Shown here piece by piece: positions 39,541 to 50,100 of a stretch of DNA of 64,000 bases; positions within the stretch are counted from its first letter, which is position 1; every line of letters starts with the position of its first letter. The notes beneath the pieces are model-generated. The model saw only the letters and a program-made list of their open reading frames with translations, searched no databases and was not told the origin of the DNA. A program made the translations under genes and the position numbers. Source of the stretch: Promethearchaeota archaeon (GTDB lineage Archaea > Asgardarchaeota > Lokiarchaeia > Sigyniarchaeales > SOKP01); NCBI GenBank assembly GCA_048940925.1, contig JBHLOC010000004.1, positions 96,554 to 160,553 on the forward strand, written 5' to 3'.

Positions 39541-39780
39541 ATTTCCTGCGATGATCAAGGAAAAAACTAGGAAGGAGTATCACTAATAAATGTTTGGATT
39601 GTATATGAGATCAAAGAGTAGGAGCGTTGTTCTCTAAGTGATAAATTTTGCATTACCTCAAATTTCGATTTCGTGGATCAGTGACAATAAAGTCAATTGA
39701 GGAAAAAGTTAGTAGAAATCTGCTATTGCTAGAGTTGTTGCCGAATCACTTAGGGTACAATTTTATCTGAAGAATATTTG
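39541..39780 (+). ncRNA. Candidate ~240-nt structured ncRNA (unknown family)
   Basis: Nested helices AAATGTTT/GAATATTT, CTCTAAGTGAT/ATCACTTAGGG, AATTTTGCA/TGCTAGAGTT, CCTCAA/TTGAGG and three small hairpins; G-U pairs favour the + strand. Confidence 0.55.
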
Positions 39781-40321
39781 AAAAAACACATGAAAATGAG
39801 AAGCTGATATATCTTTTTCTTACTTTAAAACTGGATTTAATTTCGATAAAGTTTAAAGTATTGATTTGAATGCATTATAATGTGAAATTAACCAAGTTTT
39901 AAATTACTGTGATTCTTCTCGAATTTTTCTTTGGATTTTTATATTTTAATTTGGATTCTTGAGTAAGAAGAGATACAAAATTTAAGATTTTACCTTGGAT
40001 TTCGCCTTTTTCTTTCTTCTTCTCTTAAAACTTTGAATTTTGATATCCTTTTTATCTATTTTTATAAACCTATAATTTCAAGAATTATTTCTTATTATTT
40101 CATTATAGTAAAAGAGTTAATCTCTTTATTCTATTTTTTCTCGTTCATTAGTAAACCATCGAAGAATATACAAGTATTTTAATTAAAGAACAAAATCTTG
40201 ATAAAAAGGGTTGAAATTATTACAATTTGGAAAAAACCAAATTTTTAATTCAATTTACAATTAGACTACACATACTTATTGAATATTATATGAGACTAAA
40301 AAAGATTTTGGAGAAATTAGG

Positions 40322-41779
40322 ATGGCTAGACCAAGTCCGTTAGAAATTTATGCTCTTTTGGATAAATCAAATTGTAAAGATTGTGGATATGATACTTGTA
40401 TGGCTTTCGCAACTGACATCCTTGAAAGAAAGATTAGAGTACAAGATTGCTCTCATCTAATGCAAGATCCTAAACAAACAAAAAATCGAGAAAAGTTAAT
40501 TACCCTTATTACACCGCCTCAAAAGCCGGTCATAATTGGTACTGGAAAACGTGCAGCTATTGTGGGGGGTGAAGAAGTATTAATGCGACACCAACTTACT
40601 TTTTATAATCAAACAGCAATATTCATGGAAATTGCTGATGATGACCCAGATTTAGAAGAAACAGTCAAATATCTTACAGATCTAAAAATAGAGAGAATTG
40701 GGGATGTACTTATTCTGAATGGAATTGCATTAAGGAATGTTTCTGGAAATGTTGATCAATTTAAGTTAGCTGCAAAAAAAATTGCAGAAATATCAAATCT
40801 TCCAATAATACTGTGCAGTTTCAATGCAGATATCTTGATAAGTGGTGCTGAAGAAATCAAAGATAAAAGACCATTATTATATGCTATAAAAAAAGATACA
40901 TGGGAGCAAATAGGTAAATTTGCTGTGCAGAATAACTTACCTGTAGCAATTTTCTCAAATAATTTGGATGAATTGGTATCTTTAAGTGCAACTTTACAAA
41001 AGTTGGGAGTAAAAGAAATAGTTTTAGATTCGGGAACATTTTTTGGTCCTGGTAATCTTTCATTAACTTATGATAACATTATGCAGTTAAGGACTGCGGC
41101 TATAAATAAAGAAGATGTGAACGCTTGTTGGCCTGTTATGGGTGTGCCAGCTTCTTATTGGAGCCAAGTGAATATAAATGATGGAATGGAACTTTGGGAG
41201 CATCAATATCAAGAAATAATAATGGGGGCAATCATGGAATCTATTGATACCAATTTGATAGTTTTACACACTGGTAAGAAAAAAGAAGAAATCTGGGCTC
41301 TTCTAGCATTAATGACTTTAAGACAAAGTGTATTTTCAGATCCACGAATTTATCCTTCTGTTGATCCTGGACTTTATAAGATAGGAGAACCGGGTGATAT
41401 GGCACCAATATTTGTTACAAGCAATTATAGAATGACTAAAATTCCAGTAGAACAAGATTTACGAGGAGCAAATTTGGATTGTTGGCTTTTGGTGGTGGAT
41501 TCTGAAGGTATTGGAATAGAAAGTGCAGTAGCAGGTGGACAATTCAATGCAGGTAGTATTGCTGAAGCAGTAAAGGAATTTGACGCATTTGGTAAAGTCA
41601 ATCATCGGGTTCTTATTATTCCTGGAATGGCTGCTCGGTTAAGTGGAGCACTAGAAGATGAAGCGAATAGTTATGTAGTAGTTGGCCCAAGAGATTCAAG
41701 TGGTATTCCTAAATTTATGGAAACTCAATGGAAACCAGATGAATTTATGAAAGAATATGAATCTTGGGGAGAGGAATAA
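40322..41779 (+). CDS. cdhE: Acetyl-CoA decarbonylase/synthase gamma subunit (CoFeSP large subunit)
   Basis: NCKDCGYDTCMAFA...C Fe-S domain, VGGEEVLMRH, RQSVFSDP, IIPGMAARLSG, VGPRDSS. Confidence 0.94.
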   Translation: MARPSPLEIYALLDKSNCKDCGYDTCMAFATDILERKIRVQDCSHLMQDPKQTKNREKLITLITPPQKPVIIGTGKRAAIVGGEEVLMRHQLTFYNQTAIFMEIADDDPDLEETVKYLTDLKIERIGDVLILNGIALRNVSGNVDQFKLAAKKIAEISNLPIILCSFNADILISGAEEIKDKRPLLYAIKKDTWEQIGKFAVQNNLPVAIFSNNLDELVSLSATLQKLGVKEIVLDSGTFFGPGNLSLTYDNIMQLRTAAINKEDVNACWPVMGVPASYWSQVNINDGMELWEHQYQEIIMGAIMESIDTNLIVLHTGKKKEEIWALLALMTLRQSVFSDPRIYPSVDPGLYKIGEPGDMAPIFVTSNYRMTKIPVEQDLRGANLDCWLLVVDSEGIGIESAVAGGQFNAGSIAEAVKEFDAFGKVNHRVLIIPGMAARLSGALEDEANSYVVVGPRDSSGIPKFMETQWKPDEFMKEYESWGEE

Positions 41780-41880
41780 AATTCTTAATCTATCTTTTCT
41801 TTATATTTTTCTTTAAACTTTTAATACAGCAATAAATTTTAAAGAAACTATATATAGCATCTAAGAAACCATATAAATCT

Positions 41881-42543
41881 TTAATGTAAGGAATTTATTT
41901 TATCGATAGTTAATTTTTTTAAGGTATCTAAAATAAGAATTGCATTTGTTTTAATTTGCTTTAATTCTTCTGCCGTGTGATTTCCCGTGAGTACTCCAAT
42001 AAAAGGGCAATTTAAGTTATTAGAAAGCATTGCATCTTTAGGGTGATCTCCAATTATAATTATATTATAATTGGGATACTTCTTTGTCAATATTTCTTTT
42101 ATTTCTGGATCCAATTTTCCAATTACTTTTCTTTTTTCGGTCTCTCCCAAGATATAGTCAAAAAGTTGGTCAATCTCTAAATAATGTACGACTTTTTCTG
42201 CGATTTCTTGTTTTTTAGAAGTAATAATACCTAAAGTGAATCCTTCTTTTTTGAATTCAATAAGTTTTTTTTTAACACCTGATAATAATTTAGATTGATA
42301 TATCCCCTTCTTTTTATAAAATTCCCGAAAAGCAGAAGCTAGTAAGGAAGAATTTATATTAGAAACTTGGGAAAACATTTCTTCTAACGGAGTTCCAATC
42401 ATTTTTTCAATTTTATCTTTAGCAATCTTAGCAAGATTGAATTTGCTAAGAGCATAATTAAATGACGCTACAATACCTTCTCTATTGTCTATTAATGTGT
42501 TATCTAAATCAAAACTTAACAAAATTTTCTTTTTAGTTTTCAT
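41881..42543 (-). CDS. HAD-family phosphatase (phosphoglycolate phosphatase-like)
   Basis: FDLDNTLID, ITSK, IGDHPKD, GVLTG. Confidence 0.9.
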   Translation of the reverse strand: MKTKKKILLSFDLDNTLIDNREGIVASFNYALSKFNLAKIAKDKIEKMIGTPLEEMFSQVSNINSSLLASAFREFYKKKGIYQSKLLSGVKKKLIEFKKEGFTLGIITSKKQEIAEKVVHYLEIDQLFDYILGETEKRKVIGKLDPEIKEILTKKYPNYNIIIIGDHPKDAMLSNNLNCPFIGVLTGNHTAEELKQIKTNAILILDTLKKLTIDKINSLH

Positions 42544-42661
42544 AAAAATTTAAGATTCTAAGGTAATAAACCATTAAAAGAAAAAATTAATAAAAATTTG
42601 TTTAATTTAAGAATATCATAATTTTTTTAATCACTCAAACGGGAGATCTACAAAAATGTAT

Positions 42662-44224
42662 TCATTTTATTATGAATCCTTTAAATAATTTCAAAAGATA
42701 AGTAATTTCCTCAGAGCTTTCAATAATTCTTCTTAAATTATAAGGAAAAATTGCTATTCCAACTTCTTTTCCCTGTGAAACTCTATCAATCATAATTTTT
42801 ATCAGTTCTATGTATTTTTTAACAGTTGTTCCCTCAGGTTCGATCTCCGAGATTACTTTCCAAGCTTTATCCAATTTTCCATTTAATATGCATGAGATCG
42901 AAGCTAAAACATAGCTTTGTACTATATGAGAATATCCTATTTTCTTTAAATTTGCTGCTCTATAGTAGTAGCGATAAAGATTATTAACCATTTCTCTTAA
43001 TAGAAAGTCTTTTGCTGTATCTAATTGCTCATAAAATTTTATACTTTCCAAGATGAGAGATGCTGCTGTATAAAACTGCTTATTTTTTAAACCTTCTTCA
43101 GCAATTTTATTTAAACCTCGAACAATTTGATTGAAGATTCCATATCTATTAAATTCTAATTCTCCTTCAATTGCTATATCATAAGCATTTAAATAACTCT
43201 CTGTTGATTCATTAATACTTCCTATCTTCCAAAAATTATCTCCTGCTTTAATGAAGTGTTTATAAGCCATTTCAAAATTATTCAACTCCTTGAAAATATT
43301 AGCACCATCAAAAAAGTTTATAGCAGCTTGGTTTAAATCATTAATTTTTTCTGAAAAATTACCAGCTAATATAAAACATGAAGCACATTCGATTAAATTA
43401 TTTTTAATGTCTTTATAACATAATCCTGCACCACGATAATATCTAGCAATCTTATGATAATTCTCTAATTTCTTTTCTAGTCTCTCTGCTAAATTGATAT
43501 ATGATCCAGCTTCTTTTTTAGAGAAAATTATGTATTTTTCTTCTTCATCTAATATTCTATGAAGATTTTTTAAAATCTGATATATTTGTGTTAAAGTTGC
43601 ATTATCATTTTCTTCTTCGAGTATAGTCGCTAAGTTTGAGAAAAATTCTACTCCATCTAAAATTACATCCTGAGATGTGTTATAGTCATCTATTTCTTCA
43701 TAACATGCCCCTATCTGCTGATATGAGAAAGATAACATATCATAATAACTATATACTTTTGAAATCTCGATTACTTTTCCAAAATATTTAATAGCATTGT
43801 TAAAATCAGTTAATTTCAGATATAATTCTGCAATATTTTGATAATTTTGAGCAAGTTTCCGTGTCTCATTAAATTCTTTTAATAGTCTAATTTCTTGTTT
43901 AAGGAATTTTATACTATTTAGTATATTTTTTTTTTCTAATTGTTTATCTTTAATCTTTTCTTGATATAAATCTGCAATTCTTAAGTATAATTCTGCTATT
44001 TCATGTAATTTAGCTTGTAGTTTATAGTTTATAATTTGTTGTTTATAAAATTCTACTATTTGATTATATAATTTGATACTTTCGGCAAAGTCAAGATTTT
44101 CTATAATATGAGCAGCAGAATATAAAAATTCTCCAGCTTCAAAAAATTCACCGGATTGAGCAATCTCATTTGAATAATTAATAGAGGTTTCAATAATTTC
44201 TTTTATTGATTTGTTTCTGTCCAA
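42662..44224 (-). CDS. TPR/SNAP-like alpha-solenoid protein (true start probably ATT at 44311/44314)
   Basis: Repeated A..Y..[AI]A..Y helices; frame open upstream to 44326 with GAGGAG SD at 44323-44328. Confidence 0.75.
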   Translation of the reverse strand: MDRNKSIKEIIETSINYSNEIAQSGEFFEAGEFLYSAAHIIENLDFAESIKLYNQIVEFYKQQIINYKLQAKLHEIAELYLRIADLYQEKIKDKQLEKKNILNSIKFLKQEIRLLKEFNETRKLAQNYQNIAELYLKLTDFNNAIKYFGKVIEISKVYSYYDMLSFSYQQIGACYEEIDDYNTSQDVILDGVEFFSNLATILEEENDNATLTQIYQILKNLHRILDEEEKYIIFSKKEAGSYINLAERLEKKLENYHKIARYYRGAGLCYKDIKNNLIECASCFILAGNFSEKINDLNQAAINFFDGANIFKELNNFEMAYKHFIKAGDNFWKIGSINESTESYLNAYDIAIEGELEFNRYGIFNQIVRGLNKIAEEGLKNKQFYTAASLILESIKFYEQLDTAKDFLLREMVNNLYRYYYRAANLKKIGYSHIVQSYVLASISCILNGKLDKAWKVISEIEPEGTTVKKYIELIKIMIDRVSQGKEVGIAIFPYNLRRIIESSEEITYLLKLFKGFIIK

Positions 44225-44546
44225 GGGATCGTTGATTTTTCTGATATCAGACTCATATTTTTTAAGTTTTTCTAAAAATTCTGTGTAATCTATGAATTCT
44301 TCCTCTTCAATAATTGTATAATCTCCTCAATTTTACAAAAAACTAAAACTATGTAATGAAATTAAATTAAAAATAAAAAATTTGGTGATTTTATAATTTA
44401 CATTTAAAAAGATCTTTAAAAACTAAAAAATTGAGATTATCCAAGACATATCAGACTAAGGAAATAATATTAAATATGATCAAGATTATAATATAAATAA
44501 TTAAAAATTTTGTAGGTGGTTTATCATAAAACAAATTTCAGAATTA

Positions 44547-44735
44547 TTGGAAACAGGTCTATATGAAACCTTTACTCCTGAAAAAACCATGACGGTAGCT
44601 GATTTGCTGAAAGAACTCAAATTGGAAGATAAATATTTCGGTATTCTCGTAAATGGAAAAAAAGCTACACCAGAAACCATTATCAACAGCGAAAGTGAAG
44701 TGGTTATACTTCCCCATATCGCAGGAGGAGTTTAA
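44547..44735 (+). CDS. MoaD/ThiS/SAMP ubiquitin-like sulfur carrier (start probably ATC/ATA at 44523/44526)
   Basis: TVADLLKEL...ILVNG...VVILPHIAGG-V. Confidence 0.85.
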   Translation: METGLYETFTPEKTMTVADLLKELKLEDKYFGILVNGKKATPETIINSESEVVILPHIAGGV

Positions 44736-44799
44736 GAGTTTAAGAATAATAAATTTTTTTGTTTTTTCTCTTTTTTATCTATATTTATCTCTTAGTGAT

Positions 44800-45792
44800 T
44801 TATTTCAGTTCGATTGTGAGAAGATCCCTAGCTAAAATAGTATTAGCAAACACTTCTTTAGCTTCTTCAAGCAGTTTATGAGCATCTTCTTGATATCTTG
44901 CTGATATGTGAGTTAAAATAAGTTGTTTCGCATTCATTTTTTTTGCATCTAACGCAGCATCTACAGAAGTAGAATGCAATTTTTCATCTGCTGTTTCAGC
45001 TAAGGATTTTGAGAATGTAGCTTCATGTATTAATATGTCTGAATCTTTTCCTAGATTTATTAAACTTTCTGTTGGCTTTAAATCTCCTGAATATGTTATT
45101 TTCCTACCTGGTCTTTTGGGTCCTACTATTCCTTCTTTAACAGGATCAATAATTTTTCCATATATATCAATAATTTCTCCTTCCTGTAATTTTTTCCATA
45201 TACGACTTTCTGGAATGCCTAATTCTCTTGCTTTATCTGGATTAAATTTACCAAATCGAGGTTTTTCAATGAAGGCATAAGCATAAGTTATAACAGAATG
45301 ATCAACAAGGGTATAATGTATTGAAAAATATTTAGAATCATATATAACATTTTTATTGAGATCTATAATATGGGTAGGTTCTTCAGAATCTAATCCCTCA
45401 AATTCGATTAGTTTCTTATTTTGATGGTCTATTTCAATAATTTTTATTGGATAATTAGCTTTTAAGCCGAGTATTTTTTTATGCAGATATATGTAAAGAA
45501 AGAGGTTTTGAGGACCAAAAATTGTTAGTGGAGCGGTTCTTTCGTTCAAACTCAACCGGAATAAAAATCCCGGAAGTCCAATTATATGATCTCCATGAAA
45601 ATGAGATATGAAAATAAAAAGAGGTTTATTAAACTTAAGTCCTGCCTCAGCAAATCTACGTTGAAAATCTTCTCCACAATCGAATAATATAATTTTATTT
45701 TTATAGCGTATTGCTATAGAGCTCAAGTTTCGTTCTTTAATCGGAGTAGCAGCTGCTGATCCTAAAATTATAAGTTCTAGTGTCATCCTCAA
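44800..45792 (-). CDS. rnz: Ribonuclease Z
   Basis: DCGE, SHFHGDH, GP exosite (ARELGIP), YSGD, HEAT, HST, LTHISARY. Confidence 0.95.
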   Translation of the reverse strand: MRMTLELIILGSAAATPIKERNLSSIAIRYKNKIILFDCGEDFQRRFAEAGLKFNKPLFIFISHFHGDHIIGLPGFLFRLSLNERTAPLTIFGPQNLFLYIYLHKKILGLKANYPIKIIEIDHQNKKLIEFEGLDSEEPTHIIDLNKNVIYDSKYFSIHYTLVDHSVITYAYAFIEKPRFGKFNPDKARELGIPESRIWKKLQEGEIIDIYGKIIDPVKEGIVGPKRPGRKITYSGDLKPTESLINLGKDSDILIHEATFSKSLAETADEKLHSTSVDAALDAKKMNAKQLILTHISARYQEDAHKLLEEAKEVFANTILARDLLTIELK

Positions 45793-45821
45793 GGAATAAA
45801 GTAATAAGTTCTATAATAACT

Positions 45822-47075
45822 TTAAATTTTTTTTCGTAATTGGGAGATCTCTATTCTTTGTTCATAATTTCGTTTTTTCAGGTCATAAATCATATTTTTT
45901 AATTCATTTAGTCTCAGACTTAAATGAGAATCTTCTTTAAAAGTTTCCTGAGGTTGGTTTTTTGAAAGAATCTGAGTAGGTTGACTTTCTAATTTGTCTA
46001 AAAGCTCATCAATTTTTTGATCCTTCATTTTTAGTTGAGATTCTAATTGTCTATACCTTTTTTTAATTTGAACTGCTTCATTTTTTATTGTTTCAAATTC
46101 ACTATCTTTTGTTTCAAGTTGTTTTTGTAGAAAAATTGCCATTTCTCGTTGCATTTTAAGTTTTCCTTCCAAATCTTCTTGGGGTTTACCTTGTTCTGGT
46201 ACTTTTTCTGCCTTAATTTTTTTAAGTTCCTCTTCAAGGGATTTAATTTGCATTTTTGCTTTATTCAATTTGTTTTGTAGGTCATTTTGTAATGTAATCA
46301 TCGTTTCAGTAGATTTACTTTCAGATTTACTTGTTTCTTTAGCGATTTGATCTTTTTTTACTGGTTCTCGTTCTTTTTTTTGTTTTTTTTTCAGTTTTTT
46401 TTCATATTTAGCAATTTTCTTTTTTAATTCTATTATTTGTGTTTTAGCTTTATTTAACTGTGTTTGAAGATCTTCAATTAACTTTTTTGCTATTGAGTCG
46501 CCTTGTTTATCTTCTGCAGAGGAACTAAGATCTTTTAATTTTTGATTCAACTCTAAAATCTCTGATTTATAGGTTTCAATCTCATATTCCTTTTCTTTTA
46601 AAATTTCATTCAAATTACCAGCGTCTTTATTTTTTTGCTCCAATTGGTTGATTTCTGATCTTTGTTTATTTATTTTATCTTGTAATTCCTTAACTAAGAT
46701 GTTTAAAGGTGCTTTTTCTCTTAAATCCTCAACTCTAATAACAGATGATTCTTTTTCAAAATTTTTTATTTCTAAATTTTTTTTTTCTAACTCTTGTTGG
46801 AGTTGGACTTTTTCTTTTCTCAAAAATCCCATTCTATCTCTCAGTTCTCTTATTTCTTTATCTTTTTTTTCAATAAAGGAGAGTTTTGAATCTATAATTT
46901 GCTGTTTTTTACCTTTTTTTTTATCACTATCTTCTGATACAAGATATTCTAGTTTACTTATTTTTTCTTCAAGTTCTTCAATTTTATCAAGATAACCATG
47001 AATTTCATAATCTTTATTCTCCAACTCCTTTTCTAATTCACTAATTATTGCTTTTAAATCGTTTACTTCTGACAT
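45822..47075 (-). CDS. Long coiled-coil protein
   Basis: E/K/Q/L heptads throughout; internal repeat LQ..LNKAK.QI..L. Confidence 0.75.
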   Translation of the reverse strand: MSEVNDLKAIISELEKELENKDYEIHGYLDKIEELEEKISKLEYLVSEDSDKKKGKKQQIIDSKLSFIEKKDKEIRELRDRMGFLRKEKVQLQQELEKKNLEIKNFEKESSVIRVEDLREKAPLNILVKELQDKINKQRSEINQLEQKNKDAGNLNEILKEKEYEIETYKSEILELNQKLKDLSSSAEDKQGDSIAKKLIEDLQTQLNKAKTQIIELKKKIAKYEKKLKKKQKKEREPVKKDQIAKETSKSESKSTETMITLQNDLQNKLNKAKMQIKSLEEELKKIKAEKVPEQGKPQEDLEGKLKMQREMAIFLQKQLETKDSEFETIKNEAVQIKKRYRQLESQLKMKDQKIDELLDKLESQPTQILSKNQPQETFKEDSHLSLRLNELKNMIYDLKKRNYEQRIEISQLRKKI

Positions 47076-47211
47076 TTTTAAGAATCATCTTTAATTGGAA
47101 ATTATTTTATTAATAACATTCTAAAAATTAAAATTTATCTTATCAATATTTATTTGTATTTTTTAGATTTAAAAAAATTAGTAATGATTTTTAAAAAAAC
47201 TGAAATATTTC

Positions 47212-49122
47212 TCAAAAAATATGAAAATCTTTAATATTAAAATTATTGATTTTTTTCATAATTGGAATCAGACTTAGGAGATTAAAGAGAGTAAAAATTC
47301 CAAGAAGTATAATAAAAATTGTAAATGGCATATATAAAGGAGGTAAATTGACTCTGGCAAAAAGTACAATAGAATTAAGGATCATACCTATACCCAGACT
47401 TAAGAAAAGTGAAGGAACAATGACATATATCGATTCTAAAAATAGGATTTTTTTTAAAGAATTATTATTGGCCCCAATTGCTCTCATTATTAAAAAATCT
47501 CTTGCTTTATCTATGATAGATGACTTCTGATAATTATATAATGACAAAATCCCAATAATTGAAACTATAATTATTAAAAATAAAGGATACAGTGATATAT
47601 TAGAAATAAAGGTTAGATTTTCATTAAAAACAGTATTTAAATTCAAGAGAGAAAAATTAGGTCCCAGGATGTTTAAAATATTTGTTAGTTCCTCCCTAAT
47701 TTTTTCATAGGAATCAGGATTTATTTTTAATAGTAAAAGGTTGATTTGATTGGTTAAATTAAGCGCTTGCTGAACAATATCTAAACTTAAATAACCTGCC
47801 CACCCTGAATAAAAACTATCAATAACTACCCCTGAAATATGAAATGATTTGCCATAGGACAAAAGTTTTAAACTTTGATCAAGAGCATAATCAAAGAAAT
47901 TTAGAGCTAAACCATCACCAATAGTCATGTTATCAAATGCATCTTCATTTGTGAAAAAATTACCTTCAATTTCAAAGTTTTGAATAAGGTAATCTGGATT
48001 CACGCCTATGATAGGGATAGTACCGCTTCTTCTTTGCCCAATAACTCTAAAATCTTGAATATCTTCAAAAAAATGAAATCCTTGGCCTTCTTGGACATCA
48101 TAAAAATTAATTATCCTTTTATCAATTTTTTCAATACCCTCAATATCTTGAATCTCACTAATATTATTGAAATTGAAAAAATACTGCTTTCTTGTGAAAT
48201 TTATAGTGTCTTTTGTTATAGATATTTCAGGCTCTGAGAACATTTTATACATCAAAGAATAGTTGGTTATTACATCTTCATGTCCTATAGCAATGATGTT
48301 TTCTCCTTGAGATTTACGTATCCAATTTTGTGAAGAAGTTCTTAAAACAATTGTTCCTAATCCTAAAGTAAAGATTACAAGACATATTAAAGAAAAAACT
48401 AGTAGATATCTTCGGAATTCACCTTTTCTCCTTAAAGTGTTAAAAATTGAAATTTTTACATTAAAACCTAAAGAAGAAAGCCATTTAGGGATAAATTTAA
48501 TTTTCTTAGAGGCATCAAAATTGTAGGGAATATCCTTAGAGAAAGTTTTAATTATTTTTTGTTTTCCAATCTTTCTTAGTGTATATCCTGTTATAAAGAA
48601 AATTCCAAATAAACAAGAAAAAAACAAAATTGGTGTATATATTAAATCAATTTGAAATTTAATGGGGAATTCTAAGAAATTAAGGATTAAACTAAATATC
48701 CCGAATGATATCAAACCAATTATTAAACCAAGGGTAAAACCTATGAAAAATATGATATATACTTCGGAAAAATAGAAATTATATAATTTTCGAGGTAGAG
48801 TTCCCAACGCTCTCATTATACCTATATCTTTTTTTTTTGTAATAACCAATGTTGTGGAGATTGAAAGAATAATAATGATCGCTAGAATAATTAATAAAAT
48901 CTGAATCAATGTATTGTATTGGCTGAAAATCCCATTAATACTTCCCGAAAAGAAGAACTGATTTACGAAGGAGGGTTGAATCAATACATTTAAACCCAAT
49001 GAGGTGGTAAAATAAATCAAAAATTCAGTTATAGATATAACGATAATAACAATTATTAAATATGGAATTGTTTGCTTCCTTTTACGATAGAAATCTTTAA
49101 GCGCAAAATCAAATGAGGACAA
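47212..49122 (-). CDS. FtsX/MacB-like ABC transporter permease
   Basis: Two KKDIGIMRALG / RDFLIMRAIGA permease motifs around an extracellular domain. Confidence 0.88.
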   Translation of the reverse strand: MSSFDFALKDFYRKRKQTIPYLIIVIIVISITEFLIYFTTSLGLNVLIQPSFVNQFFFSGSINGIFSQYNTLIQILLIILAIIIILSISTTLVITKKKDIGIMRALGTLPRKLYNFYFSEVYIIFFIGFTLGLIIGLISFGIFSLILNFLEFPIKFQIDLIYTPILFFSCLFGIFFITGYTLRKIGKQKIIKTFSKDIPYNFDASKKIKFIPKWLSSLGFNVKISIFNTLRRKGEFRRYLLVFSLICLVIFTLGLGTIVLRTSSQNWIRKSQGENIIAIGHEDVITNYSLMYKMFSEPEISITKDTINFTRKQYFFNFNNISEIQDIEGIEKIDKRIINFYDVQEGQGFHFFEDIQDFRVIGQRRSGTIPIIGVNPDYLIQNFEIEGNFFTNEDAFDNMTIGDGLALNFFDYALDQSLKLLSYGKSFHISGVVIDSFYSGWAGYLSLDIVQQALNLTNQINLLLLKINPDSYEKIREELTNILNILGPNFSLLNLNTVFNENLTFISNISLYPLFLIIIVSIIGILSLYNYQKSSIIDKARDFLIMRAIGANNNSLKKILFLESIYVIVPSLFLSLGIGMILNSIVLFARVNLPPLYMPFTIFIILLGIFTLFNLLSLIPIMKKINNFNIKDFHIF

Positions 49123-49145
49123 TTTATATTTACCATATTATAATT

Positions 49146-49937
49146 TTAATTTGAGATCCGTTCTTCATTTATTATTTTCCCTTCGTCAAAAGAAATAATT
49201 CTATCTGCTAATGCTATCAAATCATCATCATGCGTAGCAATTATTATCGTTTTTTTATCTTCCTTTAACAATTTAAAAATATCTCTTATAAATTGGCTTG
49301 TTTTTTTATCTAGATTGGCAGTTGGCTCATCAGCTAATATTACAGGTGGATCATTTGCCAGTGCTCTGGCAATTGCGACTCGTTGTTGTTCTCCAGCTGA
49401 CAATTGGAAAGGTAGGTGTTCTCTTCTATCAGATAATCTCATATCTTTTAATAATTTAATAGCGCGTTCTCTTTGTTTATCAAATTTCATACCTGAAAGC
49501 ATGAGGGGGAACATAATATTTTCTTCTGCGGTTAAAGAGCTAATAAGGTTATAGTTCTGAAAAATAAATCCTGAATTCATTAAGCGAAAAGTAGTTAAAG
49601 ACTCTTGATTCATATCAGAAATTTTGACACCTTGATTGTATATTCTTCCTTTATTAGGGGAATCTAATCCTCCAAGTAAATTCAAAAGAGTAGTCTTTCC
49701 TGCTCCGCTAGGTCCCATTATGGCAACAAATTCACCTACTTTTATTTTTAATGATACATTATCTATTGCTCGCACTAAAAAATCTCCTATCTCGTAATCT
49801 TTTAACAAATCCTCCCCAAAAATAACTATATTCTCTTCATTAAGCTCCTTTTTGAAATTTTCCTCCTCAAATTCTTGAACTTCTTCTAAATCAAATTGAT
49901 TTTCATTTCCCTTAGATAAATAGTTATTATCTGGCAA
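49146..49937 (-). CDS. ABC transporter ATP-binding protein (LolD/MacB-like)
   Basis: GPSGAGKTT, LSAGEQQRVAIARAL, ADEPTANLD, THD. Confidence 0.93.
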   Translation of the reverse strand: MPDNNYLSKGNENQFDLEEVQEFEEENFKKELNEENIVIFGEDLLKDYEIGDFLVRAIDNVSLKIKVGEFVAIMGPSGAGKTTLLNLLGGLDSPNKGRIYNQGVKISDMNQESLTTFRLMNSGFIFQNYNLISSLTAEENIMFPLMLSGMKFDKQRERAIKLLKDMRLSDRREHLPFQLSAGEQQRVAIARALANDPPVILADEPTANLDKKTSQFIRDIFKLLKEDKKTIIIATHDDDLIALADRIISFDEGKIINEERISN

Positions 49938-50100
49938 GTTTTTAAAAAGGTGTGCGGATTCTAATTGTAATTTAAGAAGATTCTAAATAAAAAAAATCCA
50001 AATTATTTAATTTTTATTTAAGAAATTAATATTGCATTTTTATAATTTATGTTCTAATTAAAAATAAATTTAAATATTAAAATGTCATATTAATATTTCA

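Noticed and set aside
39590-39637. 15-codon ORF MFGLYMRSKSRSVVL after an AGGAAGGAG SD-like word
   Set aside because: Too short to support and embedded in the predicted helices; cannot be excluded as a leader peptide
39541-39780. SRP (7S) RNA assignment
   Set aside because: No helix-8 CAGG-GNRA-AGCA motif and no recognisable Alu domain
39900-40150. Lys/Arg-rich broken minus-strand frame with repeated TTGGATT
   Set aside because: Multiple stops and no recognisable family; cannot support a pseudogene call
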